NCBI RefSeq assembly: GCF_001949145.1
Contig: NW_019091361.1
Span: 3,954,148 to 4,018,147 of the forward strand
Direction: 5' to 3'
Origin: Acanthaster planci
Taxonomy: Eukaryota
Length of the DNA stretch: 64,000 nt
The position numbers were made by a program, and so were the translations under genes. The notes beneath the pieces were generated by a model. The model was not told the origin of the DNA and did not search any database. It saw only the letters and a program-made list of their open reading frames with translations. Positions 1 through 13,689 of the stretch are shown here, one piece after another (the stretch's first letter is position 1; every line of letters begins with the position of its first letter).

Positions 1-653
1 CCTCCATCAGCTTTAAGTGCTTTCCGGAATTTTGCTGGGAAAAATCATAAATGAACTTGGAAAAGGTTTGTGGTTATTCTGCGTCCAAATTTCAAACCCA
101 AATGGATAGCCCTGGCCCAAACAACGCTTGCTTCGACAGGTTGATGATTTACACCTGCATTTTTCCACACAGTGAGGTTTTTCAGTGTTTTACTGTTTAA
201 TTAGGCAGAGAGTTTACATTGTAATACATATCTCCTTATAAATTTAACGTCGGGTCCGTGCTATATTATTTTTCATGCAGTTTTCTGAACACATGATCGT
301 GTCCTACATTACGGCATTTTTCAAATTTAATGATTACCGTTTAAGCACATGGTTGTGCCCTCTGGGATTTTATACTAAATACAAATTTGCACAAAAAACT
401 GCAATGTTACAGTTCTTTCGGAACCCACATATGATTATGGATAAATTTTCTGTTTGAAGTGTTCTCTCTTTTGGGGGGGGTCGTGACTCGGTGTCAGTAC
501 ATCGAGTTTTTAATGACCGAAGTTCGGGGTCTCAGTTTGAACAGAAAATCCCTAAAATCATCAGAATCTTCCTGAGGCGATAAAGCAACGGGTTTTGGAA
601 AAACGGTGGAAAATTTTTAAATCTTTAACAGAAGGGCACTTTTAATGGTGATT

Positions 654-833
654 AGCTGGAAAGGGGTTACAAAGTAGTTTCCCTATAATTTTAGAGGGGA
701 AAATCTGTTTCAAAGGGAAAATTCATGTCAGCCCTTTGTAGGCAGCTGGAAAGGGGTTACAAAGTAGTTTCCCTATAATTTTAGAGGGGAAAATCTGTTT
801 CAAAGGGAAAATTCATGTCAGCCCTTTGTAGGC
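654..833. repeat. Perfect 2 x 90-bp tandem duplication
   Basis: AGCTGGAAAGGGG...CCTTTGTAGGC at 654-743 and 744-833. Confidence 0.95.
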
Positions 834-1533
834 TTTTATTTGAACCTTGACTATGGAGCTAAAGACGAATTCTGAACGGGATTACCTTTTATGGCCAGAA
901 TAACAGGGTAATATATTCCTGACGGTTCACACAAGAGGTGTTTTGAGGCTCGGAAAGGGGAACTCAGCAGCCGATGTTGCAATGTGTGCTTGAAAAATGG
1001 CACAACATATGCATGGCCCGGATGTTACTGCGGCTTTAATAGGATTTCAAGTTCCGTTTTCAGTTCAAAGTCCACAATCTAAGGCCACATGCTTGTCACG
1101 GACCGTACCGGGATGGCTATAATTTCTCTCACCCATATCTCGCCAACCGTTCAAAAATGAATAATTCCATTCCAATTAACGGCGTGTATGTACTGATGGG
1201 TTTGTCCTTCACAGAAAGGTAATGAAACGCCTACTCGAGCCGGAAAAATCGAAGGGGTGCATCACGGAGCAAAATGCAACGCTTTCTATTTTATCGCCCC
1301 AATTAACTTCGCAAATTTCAGGCCAATTTTCAAATTAATACATCCAACCTCAGTAGCGGGCTGGTTAAATTTCAAACTTGGATAAAATTTAATTGTGGTT
1401 CAACCCTCACTCAAAGCGAGCAGTGCATTTTGTACAGGATGAAAACATATTTCTGTAAAACAGTCTAAATAGCAGAGAATTTTTGAAATATAAAAAATAT
1501 AAAAAAATCGGTCATAATTTTTGTGGCACCTAC

Positions 1534-1637
1534 CTTACCGGCCAGTAGTCCACACAAACCAATGACAAAGAGCACATTGAACACGGCTGAACCCAAGATT
1601 GTTCCAATCCCAATGTCTCCTTTACTTATAAATACAC
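1534..1637 (-). CDS. SLC24 exon 4
   Basis: gacacag| ... AAG|gtaggt; 104 nt; [35 protein letters not shown]. Confidence 0.93.
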
Positions 1638-4600
1638 CTGTGTCGATAAATGCCAAAAAACAGTAATATTTTTCACTTTTAAAGAAGTTAGATTGTTTTA
1701 CACATCTTAAAACCTTTGAAAAAGAAACAGGCACATTTCATAAACAGATACCATGTGTCTGAATTGATAATTGTTACAAATGCACAGAATTGTTGGTACA
1801 TTTCTTTAATAAAAGTGCAAGCCTTGCGCTCATTAACAACCAAACGTAGATCAAAGGCCCAGTTCAAAAGCAAGGTGTTGGAGCTGAAACTCTTTACTCC
1901 ACAGACCCGTAAACCGAGTAGACCCTGTCAGTTATTCGATAACGTTCGCAAGTAGTGGAGAATGTTGACAGGTGCTTTGGCAAATTTGGCTCCTTGCATT
2001 AGGTCTCCAATATAACATTGCACAATGTTTGACGAAACAAAATCAAATTGAAAACTAGATTAACTACTGAACTGCAACAACCTCAAAGTAAGAATCAACG
2101 ACACATTTTTAAGCAAAAAGCAATATTCTCAGTTTCGTATTGCCGATCCTGTTAAAAATATTCCTACAAGAAATATTCATTAAAGCAAAAGCAACCAAAA
2201 TAGCAACAAAACAACTTTGATAACATTTACATCAAGAATTGCAATAGGCATTGTTTTACACCCTGAAAAATTCAGAATGACCCTTTGTTATTTACCTACT
2301 ATCGAGGTAAAAAGTTCTGGGGCGGAACCGCCTATCGCCATGAAGGTTGCTCCAGCGACGTCCTCCGATAAATGAAGCACTGCAAGAGAAAGGTGAGACA
2401 GGGAATCGTCAAGATGGTGAATGAACATTTATTGGCTTTACGAAGGTATAGGAATTGAACAAAGCCTTAAAATAAAAGGTCAGGCACCGAGCTTCCGGGA
2501 CCGCTTATGGGGATTCTTACGGGGTCGTCCTAACACGTTTGGTAATTTTTGGAAGAACGACTCGAAACTTAAACCACCCTAGGAAACACTCGACTCGACT
2601 ATGACACACTATCACGGAACAGGTTTTTGGCTGTGCATTCCGGGTGAAGTTATGGAAAAGCTAGGGCTTGTGGATGGCTGGCGTTAATTGGAGACTAGTG
2701 GAAACGTTCTCAAGTAGCTCTTTAGTCTTAACTGAAATTCTTCTGTGTCAACTTTGTTTCACTATCATAATTATTCTACAATTTATACAGTTCTCAAAAG
2801 TTGGTGCAAGGTCTCTGCGAATGATTTTTGTATCAATCTATAGAAACAATTACACCCATTTACCAAAAACTTTAAATACACACAGCTGGGTGCAGTTCGA
2901 TCGTTCAAATGTACCTGAGCATATAATTTCCAAGGCAGGCATGAAATAGCTGTCACACACAATGGCTAAGGCGCCGAACATGTAGACCACCGCCACAACG
3001 TCAACAGCCAGGGCTCCGTGGCGAAGCGTGTCCATGCTGAACACTCCCTGCGGGAAGTTCTCCACCGAGGGCCGGGAGCAGTTGGACTGCATCTCCGCTG
3101 AGTGTTCCGTGGACACTATGAAGCCAGGGTCAAAGAAAAAGACAAGAAAATCAGACGTTCGGGAACAATCAGACTTACAGACAAATGCCACGTAGTTCAC
3201 CATATAAAGATATAAGGGGCCTTTGATTTGGAAATGATATATTTGACACGATTGTTTCCTTACAGTGATAGACAAAAGCTTTACAGAGTCCACGCGACGA
3301 TTCTTTTTCTTAGACGCACTTTTGTGCAACCTTACACTCTTCTAAATTGTACAGAACTATTTCAAATCCTTTAGGGCTGAACTGCATCGAAGGTCGTGCG
3401 ATTTTAAACATTGAAACTTGTCCATGCTTTTCCGGTCAACTGAGGGCGCCGTTGCTGTGATGTCAGTCAAAAAAAAAACCAACAACACTTCACCCATTCT
3501 AAGCATTTTTGAAAAAGTGTTTTCCTTTCCTGAATACTTCCACCACATACTTCCACAGCAATGAATCATCAATGAGAGGGAAATTTTGTCGAGAAAAATA
3601 TATTTAAAAAATTTCTAGCAGTTAAGCAAATCAAGGTTTTGCTCAATAAAGACGCATCTTTGTATTAACATAAAGCCCACGAAGGCAACATAAGACCTTT
3701 AATACAAAGTACCTTTATTTCAAAATAATATCATAACAATTGAAAACGCAACTGGGAAAAGTGAACACGACACACGTTGGGCTACCATAGCCCTAACACC
3801 GTGCGTAACATCAACCATGCATACGACAGGTCGTTAGTGTAGTTTCCTGCATTGCTGATTACTTCAAAATGTCATCATGCAAAATAGCATTAGCAAATCC
3901 CAGGCGACTATTGGCCTACCAAAAACTACATGTATACAGGCAATAGACGTGCACTCATACATCGCTCTACATTGTGCAATCACAAATATTAAGCCATGGA
4001 ACTCAAACAAAAAATGTGGAATCGAAAAATAGCTGTTTCCAAATCATTTTAAATCCCTTTTTTGTCACATTCCCTTACAGAGTGAATTCGAGGCCACTCC
4101 TTGGAATCAACAATCTACGAATATCAAAAATCAAAAATGTGTTACACGTGTTTCATTCCCACCCTCTTTCATTCCCGTGGTCTTTTGTTTTGCCCGACTG
4201 TATTCCTTCACGAATAACATTCAGAACCACAGGTTCCCACTTCTTCTGAGGAGATAAGGGAGTTGAATAAAACCTCAGTCAATTTTGTTTTTCACTGAAC
4301 GTGAGCCTGTTTGTTTCTAACTGATTTTTCTGGGCCCACTGACCCGTGCTCACTTCATAATTGAAAACATGATCAGAGTAGGTAGCGCAGTCCATCTGTT
4401 TTCCCCATAAATTCCATTCATTATAGTCTAGCCTGAAAACAGCACAGTACTTCTGCATATGGACAGAAACTTTGCATCACCCAGCTATCATGCCGTGCAC
4501 AAATTGTTCATCAGACATGTAACATAAGTAAATTTGACACTTTTGCAGGATAAGATGCCATAAATCAAGGCCGATTCGTAAAACCCCGACCTGCCCATCA

Positions 4601-7600
4601 GAGCGCAGGCAGCGCAAGCAAAAACAGCGCGCTGCTTTCGTTGGATGCACTCTGCACGCAGCTGCAGCATGTACAAGTACCCAACGAGATAACACGTCGG
4701 CACACTCATTATGTTTAAATATCCGACGACCCAGGCTATACGTAGCAACCACGGGTATCCACGGCAACAGATTGATAGTAATGGTCGGGCGGTCGTGCAA
4801 AAGAAGCGCAAATTATTTATGAGCGATTTCCAACTTGCACGTGCTGTGTTGAACACTGCATCGGTGTAACTGAAATTTAACAAATACATGCAGTGGAATA
4901 TCGAGTGCTTTTCTCAAGAAATCGATGACATCAGAAACTGTACAAAACTGACACTTGGGAAGTAGCACATGAATAATTTGTATTATCAGAGCGCAACAGA
5001 AAATATGGATGGCTGATAAATCATTGACGGACATAGGAACCACTGTAAATATTCGTGGCGCATTACCACAGCGGAGCAAACAGACATTTTTTCCCCTTTG
5101 TGACGTCGCAAGGGCACAGATCGGAGTCGGAGGGGATGAATGAATCTACAAGATCGACTGTCCGCAGAGTAATGCACACTATCGACGCCACAGGCGAAAT
5201 CATGTTAAGCAGTATTAATGAGGGGAAGATGTATCAGTGTGTTTGGTTCGGTATACGACGATCCTGAGGCAGTCCAATCGATATCGCAAAATGTCGCCAA
5301 ATTGGCACTTTAGCTGATAATATACGTGTACATGAGGCCGTCTGCCGTTCACTCAATCTAACACAAATTCTTTAAGGAACCAATGAACCATGGAATCTGG
5401 CATTTAGCGACGCTCAAGCAAATTCACGGCCGTGTTTGCGATGTGATGGAACACCGTTCGTCAAATCTTAAAATGAGTGTCGTATACAGGCTAAGGTCCA
5501 GCGAGGAACCCTTTGTGCAGTTAAATGTTATTTACAGAGAACGCTTTAACACTTATTCTGTGCAATATTTTGTTGCTGAAATAGCACCCCTTCAAGCTCA
5601 TCTGATTCGTCCAAATTGTTTGGGCATGTATACGTTTTAAAGACATAAACCAGAACAGAGTGTAGCCATCAGGATCATACCCAAAGTAGTGCCACGATAC
5701 GAGAAACAGTGTTGCAAACCTGGGGATGAGGAAAAGAGGACCAAAGGTGGGTCTAGACTCAATTTTTTTTTTAAGGGGAGCGATTGGGGGAGGCAAAGAT
5801 TTGGGAATTTTTGTATATAACCCGTTACGGCCTCTCTGGGGGGTGCGAGTCAATTGGGGGGCTTTTTACACGCTTTTGGAAGGAAAGAAAATAAACACTC
5901 CCCCAACCCCCCTTATTGCATCTCGTAAATTCCCTCAAACTAAAAATAAATAACAAAAACCGCCCGTTTGGGGCCCTGTTGGCTTCCTGTATCCGCCATT
6001 GACAGAAATCATTCAGAGTGGCAAACAAAATCGTCAAATTAAACATACAGAGAAGCTTTTAGATGAATTATTATGATATTTATTGACTTAATTGAGGGAA
6101 ATTTCAAGGGCATGTTAATTGGGTAGGCGGTAGAACTGCTTCGTCAGAAAATAATGTAACGTGATTCTATCCTATTAGAACGTGAAGAAGGAATGTGTAC
6201 TATAAGGATAATGTATTGTCACCTCGGTCAATGAAAATTGGCAATTTTTCAGGTAGCAGTAATTAAGGCCAATGCTCATATACTGTGTGACGTGTAAAGC
6301 ACAAATAGTTGACACGTTGCTAGAAGCCTAGAAGGTCTACATGAACGCAAGCACACCACCACTTTTGAAACAATTATCTTGCAAAACTGCCACCTTTATA
6401 CGTCAATTAGAGAATCTGACGTCATAAGGGCCTTTGATATCTCTCTGTATCAGTCCCAATGTATGATTGACACGTTCAAGAAAGGAAGAGCCATGTCAAA
6501 AACCTGAACAACTCGTAATGGAAATTTGCTTGTAGGCCTATTATTGTAAATTTCCTGCAGGCACCCACGTCTGCACTTCCACGCCTACGATTTTCATCAT
6601 AATCTCGCAGATGACCACCAGTGAAAGGGCAGATTACATATACGGGACTGGCCGGAAAACTCATATAGAGAGGATAGCGCCAACTTCAGACTTTGAATCA
6701 AAATGGCTGTTCATTATGTGAGCAAAACAGCATACAGCTCTTGTGTGCTAATTGTCAACGTGTACCCGTTCTAACGCACAATCCCGCATTTTGGTTCCAA
6801 CAATCGAGACGCTCATATCGCAACTTTCTTTATAAACAGCTCTGGGCAAAGTGCACATAGTTTAACTCAAATAAGGAAAGAGAGCGGCGGTTTGTCTATA
6901 TCCGTTCATTTCATGCGATTCCAAAACGGCTCTTCAACAATATTAGTACAATAAAATGTTTGCTTTCAAATAAAGCTCTCTCGGGCACAGAATTTTGCGT
7001 TACTTCTTTCCCGTCTGTTTGTTATCAGTGACAGCAAAAGAGTCAAAACATGGAGTCCACGGTATGCGTGCCCCTCAAGCTTCGTGTCATTGTTTAAAAT
7101 CTTTACCGTACTTTTCCCGATTACACTGTTGCATCGTTTCTAATCTTCCCAACCGCAGTTGAAGAAGCATTTGAAGTTTTGCATCTCAACACCAATTTCA
7201 ATGGGGTTTGATAAAGATAAAGTGCAACACACTACAAACCTGAAGTGGACTGAAAAATATTCAGTCAACTGCGCAGTAGCTTCTCTTCCTTGCTCCTTCA
7301 ATAGTGTTACAAAATACCTATGCTCAGACAGATAGTATAAAACTATAATCCAAACGTTTTCTCGCTCTGAGTTTGTAAACATGTTTAAATACCATTTAGA
7401 GTTGAATACCAGCAAAGCATTGACGTGGAGCAATTGAACACAAAATGTTTAGCTTATTAATGTGTACAAGATGGTGGCAATGTCATGTATTTAAGTGATA
7501 AACACGGTTTCACGAGAGTTGGGATCTCACTCGCTAAACTTTCATCCTGCACTAAAGTCTTGCTAGCTCACCATCAACTTCAACCGCGCAATGAGACTAT

Positions 7601-10600
7601 GGTGATACAGCTGTCCAGAAATTCTAATTTAAGCTGACTTTTTGTCGTGCAAAGCCAAGCAGCTGTTCGGTCTGGGAACGTATGGTGAAATTCATTGAAG
7701 TACATGTACGTGTATTGTGGCGCCAGCTTCGTGGACAAAGCACCTGGTGGATTGGAAGAAACGACCCATTTACCACGCGGCTTCTGTAATGAAAATTCTG
7801 TTATAAATATCGCAATTAGCTGTCTCGTGTATAGCCTCAATTTTTAATGATCAATATTTTCAACTTGAAAATAATACTGCGGCAGATTACTCTGTTTTCA
7901 TGACGCGGTTGTTATTATTCTTTATTCCGTCGTGAATAAATGATTTCCATTAGGACGGAAAAGATGTGGTGTCAAAGCCAGGAAATTATTGTGAGTGTGT
8001 GTTGTTTTCGTTTTGTTTTGTCTCATTTTTTTGTGTCTTTTAGCTCATCACATCCGAATTCCTCCTGGTGCTAAATAAAATGCTATGTGACTCTACGATG
8101 AACCAAGAGATTATACATACAGAAGACAGCACGAACCCCCAACTATCGACTTTAATTAATTCGCAACATGCCAAGGCTACTCGGAGTGAATGGTGTGTTT
8201 AAAGTAATCAACAGATCCAACATCCATAATCCTTTCAAAACAAAACGTTGTGTGCGAACCTCTCATACCAAAATGGAGCAGTGTGTACACCTCCATTTGG
8301 TATGCCTATGAAGGCTTACAATGTACAATTGGGGGCATTCGAAATAGTATACGGTTAAGGGGTATGTTTATTGTGTATTGGCAAAATTGGATGGTTAAAT
8401 CACAGTTTCGTGTGTTTACCATTATTTTATCCCACGCACTTCTTTGTAATCAATGTCATTTTCACATCAATATGCTCGCGTATACACGGTTGTGTAGGGT
8501 TCTTTGCATAACTGCACCAGTCTGTGATATAGCCATTTAAATAATTTTTCGGGCTGCATAATTATTACCTCATTACCTTCAATCGGGGTAACTTTGGTTC
8601 ATATCCTGATTGTTTGCCTACCGTCAACCAGAGGTGTCAGCAAGTCATCTTTTGCAAGTCCAAGTCAAGTCACAAGTCATTAGGTCCAGTCACAAGTCAA
8701 GTCACGAGTCATTTGGTCACAGGACAAGTCAAGTCAAGTCAAGATGGTCTAAACACAAGTCAAGTGACCAGTCTCTTTGTCCAAGTACAAGTCAAGCTGC
8801 ACGTTATTTTGTCCAGCAGTAATCAGCAAAAAGAACCAGGCGTCAACTTGCGAAGTTACGAGCTATAAAAGTATATGGGGTCGGTCAAGTCGCGTCTGAC
8901 TTGGGTCGGTAACAAGTCATTTTTTGCAAGTCCAAGTCAAGTCACAAGTCATTATGTGCAAGCCCAAGTCAAGTCACAAGTCAAAGCTGGTATTCACAAG
9001 TCAAGTCTCAAGTCACAAAAATAGCAACTCGAGTCCAAGTCACATGACTCGAGTCAGCAACTCTGCCGTCAACCAAGGTAACTTTGGCAGTTTAATGTCC
9101 TGATCATTTCTGCTTTTCCGAAACAGAAATTAGTTTTCCATTGTTGGTTGGATAGTTTTGTCATATGGAGCCTGACGTCTAATCAAGTAGTAGCAAACAT
9201 CCATCCACTTCTATTGATTATGAGTTAGAGCTTAATTAAGTAATGCCAAAGTTACCCTGTGGTTTGGGGCAACTTTGGCAGGTTGCTGGAATTTAATGGA
9301 AAAAAAATAAAAAAGGATTATAACAAAGTTTTACACTAGAAAAATCCGTCAGGCCAAGTCTCCATCGGGTGTATTTTATGATAAAATTACTTTCAAAGAA
9401 TAAATTTATAGAATCTTATATCATTCATATAGCGTGTTGCGAAGATATGCTGGTGCCGAAGTTTCCCCAGGGTGCCAAAGTCATCATGGTTGACGGTATG
9501 TATCTTGCATCCCCACCATTTTACTGCCAAAAAGGCGAAGAGATAATACGGTTACCACATCGGTGTCCTTCTGGAGATATGTTTAGAAACATTGCTTGTT
9601 AATGAATCATGAAGCGTACCAGGCCCCTGTGTTTCTTCCCTCAATAGAACATACTGTCCCTTCTGTTCGTGGCATGAACAGTTCTTTTTTTGAGAGTATC
9701 TTTTCATGAAACAGAATAATATAAACCCTGTCCAGACGTCCACCGCCATTTTTGTGTATATCATGTATACGGTGTATAAACATCAACAGCGATTTTATTA
9801 CATTTTTGCAATACATATGCACATCTTGAAAAATCTTACTAAGTTTATTCGAAAATATTATCCTTAGAATACGAATAGGGCCCATACGATAGACATTAAT
9901 CGAACAGATGCGAATCACTTTAATTAATTTTTGGACGATGTAACTAATTAACGGGAGATCAAAATTTACAGAAATGTTAAAATAACCGCAAACAGTACCG
10001 TATGCTGTAAAATGGATTTGGCCTCATAATTTAGGTTAAGCATGACGTGTCAGAGCTCAGGCAGTCTTTGCATGATGCAGTCCGTCTAACAACTTGCTCG
10101 AGATTTCGAGATGTTGGATTCCGGACGTAGGTGATACCAAAACAACACCTAAGAGACGTGGTATTTCCTTTCGCATTATTTCACCTAGTCAAACAACCAT
10201 GGATATGTGGATTAGTGGTAGTGGATCATGGTAATCAAGATAGTTCCTGCGTGCTTTTGAACCATTCTGTGTATGTGCCTGCTCCTTAGTGAGGCCCCGA
10301 GATCTCGGTCCACTGCTTTTAAGAACTTCTCAGGGTCGAAGAAAATTATTCTTTAAAAAGGTTAAACACCGGTGGCAACACGCCGCCGTAAGTGATCTCC
10401 GCGATAATAGACATCAACGGACACGGGAAAATATTCCTTGAAACCAATGCTTGATTCATGCTCACAGTGCATTTTGAAAATCCTTAAATCCACGCGGGAG
10501 ACCGTTTAATGCAATGCCTTGCAATCCTCCCTACGCTGTAGACACATCGGCGTTTGTTTCGGGAGGGGGGCTTTTGTTTGGAGGGGGAAAATAAGGACTT

Positions 10601-11074
10601 TATGGGGAGTGAGGCTGCATTTAGATTTTTTAGAAACTTTTGGAAGGGAAATTAAAAAGACCCAAAAGCTGCAAAAAATGTTGCTTCTTTTTTTTTGGGG
10701 GGGGGGGGTTGGCCCCGGATCCTCCCTCGCTACGGCTCTGAGAGAGTCAAAGACTGGAATTTTCGTCTGTGCATTTCTGGTTTGGCATATACCGAAAGTC
10801 GCTGCTGGGTGAAAAACCCAGCAATTATTGCTCGAATAATGGCATAATTACCTGTTTCGTTGGCAGCCTCCTCCAGCTCTGTCGACTCCCTAGGAGCTCT
10901 CAACCTCTCTCCCACAACTCCTCCACCGTCTTTTCTAGTCTCCAATCCTCCATTGCTGGTGATCGAGTATAAGAAGAACGTCAAAGCGTAGGCCAATAAG
11001 AGTCCCGCGTATGTCCGGAAAACAACGGTTTTAGCGGCGGAGGACCCTTGGCGTTTGACCGTCCATAAGGCCAT
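1534..11074 (-). CDS. SLC24/NCKX-family sodium/potassium/calcium exchanger, 5' part; join(10852..11074,2915..3115,2296..2379,1534..1637), continues beyond left edge
   Basis: Spliced translation gives an N-terminal hydrophobic segment, then [15 protein letters not shown]...[21 protein letters not shown], the alpha-1 repeat [20 protein letters not shown] and [21 protein letters not shown] introns with matching phases (1,1,1,0). The paralog cannot be assigned, so no symbol is given. Confidence 0.93.
2296..2379 (-). CDS. SLC24 exon 3 (alpha-1 repeat)
   Basis: ctcttgcag| ... GTAG|gtaaat; 84 nt; [27 protein letters not shown]; absent from the ORF track. Confidence 0.95.
2915..3115 (-). CDS. SLC24 exon 2
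   Basis: ttcatag| ... TCAG|gtac; 201 nt; encodes [13 protein letters not shown]...[19 protein letters not shown]. Confidence 0.92.
8621..9496. mobile_element. TA-flanked Tc1/mariner/pogo-like MITE interrupted by the hAT-like MITE
   Basis: After removing the insert, TA|CCGTCAACCAAGGTAACTTTGGCA pairs with TGCCAAAGTCATCATGGTTGACGG|TA; internal GG(T/C)AACTTTGGCA repeats. Confidence 0.7.
8629..9065. mobile_element. hAT-like MITE with CAAGT-rich subterminal repeats
   Basis: Ends CAGAGGTG...CAACTCTG; perfect 8-bp TSD CCGTCAAC at 8621-8628 and 9066-9073; a second partial copy lies at 20873-21017. Confidence 0.88.
10852..11074 (-). CDS. SLC24 probable first coding exon (MALWTVKRQ...[13 protein letters not shown]...AANET)
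   Basis: ATG at 11074 with an upstream in-frame TAG; signal/TM-like segment; donor ACAG|gtaatt in phase 1 joins in frame to the acceptor at 3115. Confidence 0.7.
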
Positions 11075-13683
11075 TCTGGCGGTCGGAGGCAACAGTGCTA
11101 GTACGGTGTATTTGACACGCTATCCCGCCTCGTGTTTTTACTTCCCGGCTACAGCAAAGCTCTGTTATTATGCCGGTATTATGTCAGTGCCTATAGCACA
11201 CGACCCGCACAAGGAGGAATACTGCCAAAGCGGAACATGTTCAACGCGTATACACGGGCTATCATTCATTAGCATATGGTTAACATCATGTACCGATATT
11301 ATCCGTTCGACGAACGGTTCCCTGTATATGTAATAGCTGTGTCTCGCCTCGCTAACGCTCGAGCACTGACGCTTTACATGCATACCTAGCCTACGGACAG
11401 ACAGCCTGGATGCGGGCCAGTTGGACCCGGGGAAATTAATACATGCATTCACTATTGCCACCTTCTTCGGTTCCGATTTCTGACTCTGCGATAGTCGCCG
11501 GTTGGAATAGGCGCAAGTACGCGATCACATGAGGCAAGACTGTCGGGGACTATAAACGCTTGTTTATGGGGATGACTTGTTAGATGAGCCCGGCATAATA
11601 ATGAAGTAGATGGCATACTGTACGTACCATGTGCTTTATGCTGCTACACATGACTTCACCGAGCCCCCTCCCGGCCTCAGCTGTGCACAACATAGCTTTA
11701 CATGTACGCGCATGTCACAAAGATTATCAGTTATTGGAGGAATGGGTATCCTCATCCTGTTTATTTTTCACGACAGTTAAGTGATACAAGGATGAATTTA
11801 ATTTTCTCCAGGGTGTTGTTTTCTCACAGTGGTATAGCCTGACTACAACGGAAGTGGTACTGTCTAGAATTACAAAGCAGTTCGTTTTACCAGCATCAAG
11901 GGCGGATCCAGAACAAACATTTTTGAGTTGTGGTGGGTGGCTTTAACCTTTTATGGAATTTCTGAATGTTGAGGCTATCTGAGGCTTTTACACGCTTTTT
12001 GAAGGAATGAAATAAAACAGAACTTCATTTCACACACACAAAAAACAAAAACAAACACTAAAAATGGCAGGGGCACACCCCCTCCCTAAACCAACGTAGC
12101 CCTAACCAGTTGCGGTGTATATAGGTTGACAAGCAACCTTATCGATTGTAGTAAGCAGTAAGTCTGAAAGCATCGTAAATCGTCGAGCAAGGATGCTTGC
12201 CCCTTGAAAAGATTGCTCACTAAAAAGGAAAACTGAAAAGCAACCAAAAAAAAAAAAAAAGAAACAAAAAAGGTAGGGATCAGAAACCACTAATATACAT
12301 GAAATACCTCGTTTTGTCGGTTTGTTACTGATGAGTTTTGCTCGGTTTGGCTTGGGTAAAATCTTTTGTGTTTATTAGACCCACTTCAAATAGCGCCCTC
12401 TTATTGTGTCCGCCATGCTTCCAAAAGGGTAATGAAATGCGTTCTCGTTAAAAACGTACATGCCAGATACCTCCCATATTTGCGGAGGAAGGGCTCAGTT
12501 TAACAATGTTCTCCCCCCCCCAAGAATAGAAAGAAAACATGGCGTCAGTGACGAAACTTTGCGCCGGGAATTGGATAGGGGATGGGGAATTGTTGGGGAT
12601 GACTTGCCCTGGACATTTGGGGGGAGGTGGGCGGATCTGACAGCAGGGGCGAGGTTTATGAAAAAGATGTACGTCTGTAATATGAATTACATTCCTGTAG
12701 AAAATATTTGATCAGAACGGCATATTTACATCCTTTTTATTCTCCCTTTTCGAGTGCTACTGAATACATTTTGGTTGTTTGGAAGTCCAAAAACTTTTTC
12801 AAACTCCACCCTGTTTTTTCTCACCACGAAAACATTCACTAGACCATCCCCCAACCCACCCCCCCCCCAAAGGCGGGGATATATACCCCCATCCCCCGGG
12901 TCTTTATCCCATGCATGGCGTCCATCGAAATGTTTTGGTATGGCAAACGTCGCTACGAACCGCTGTCTCTCCCCTACCCCCACCCCATCGTGTGTATCCA
13001 GTTCCATGCAATACGCCAGCTGCCGTGTCAGACCATGACCATTTTGTTTCGTCATGAAATGGCTTCGTTTATGAATCTTTCGCTCTTTCCGTTAACTAAC
13101 TCTTACAAGTAAGCGTAAAAAACACCACATTAAACGTTGACTTTTTGACACCCCCCCATTGTATTTTGATCATTACGAATTCATAAATTTAACCAGCAAT
13201 AAGGCAAGGGCATTGACTGTTCATGATGGAGTTTGCTCTTCAACAACCGAGACTTTTGTTGCCTAAAAGGTGACACATGATCATTGACACCACATTCACG
13301 AAACTTACACACCACCGGTTCTCTCAGCCCAAAAGGTTCTCCATAATGAAGCAGCATGAAAGCTGCGTTTCATATCGCGCTGAATACACTGATAATAAAA
13401 ACCCGAGTACTGGCAGTAATGTTTCCCGTGCCGAAAGATTCAATTTTCACTTCATGGGTACAAGGACATAATGGAACAAACTTCATGAATGGTTCCCCAC
13501 TACTGTCAAACATCAACCTGACCTTACACAACAGACCTGGACTCCATACCGACCATAATTTGAAGACTGTTCTTGTAATGATAAACGCATCCTCACAATT
13601 ATCTGGGAAATATTTGAATTAAAAACCAAACAAGCTCAAATGGTTTCACGTGTCTAGATGCTTCAACTGAGTTCTGAACCAAA

Positions 13684-13689
13684 TTTATT
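13684..13689 (-). terminator. Candidate polyadenylation signal of UBE2Q (implies a 3' UTR of about 3 kb)
   Basis: AATAAA on the minus strand, followed some way downstream by GT/T-rich sequence; not confirmed by transcript data. Confidence 0.4.

Noticed and set aside
4477..5270. CpG-rich ORF cluster inside SLC24 intron 1
   Set aside because: No coding signature or splice chain; probably repeat-derived or regulatory, but I could not define ends or TSDs.
8629..9065. ORFs 8610-8822 and 8614-8868 as proteins
   Set aside because: They translate the CAAGT repeats of a MITE bounded by a TSD.
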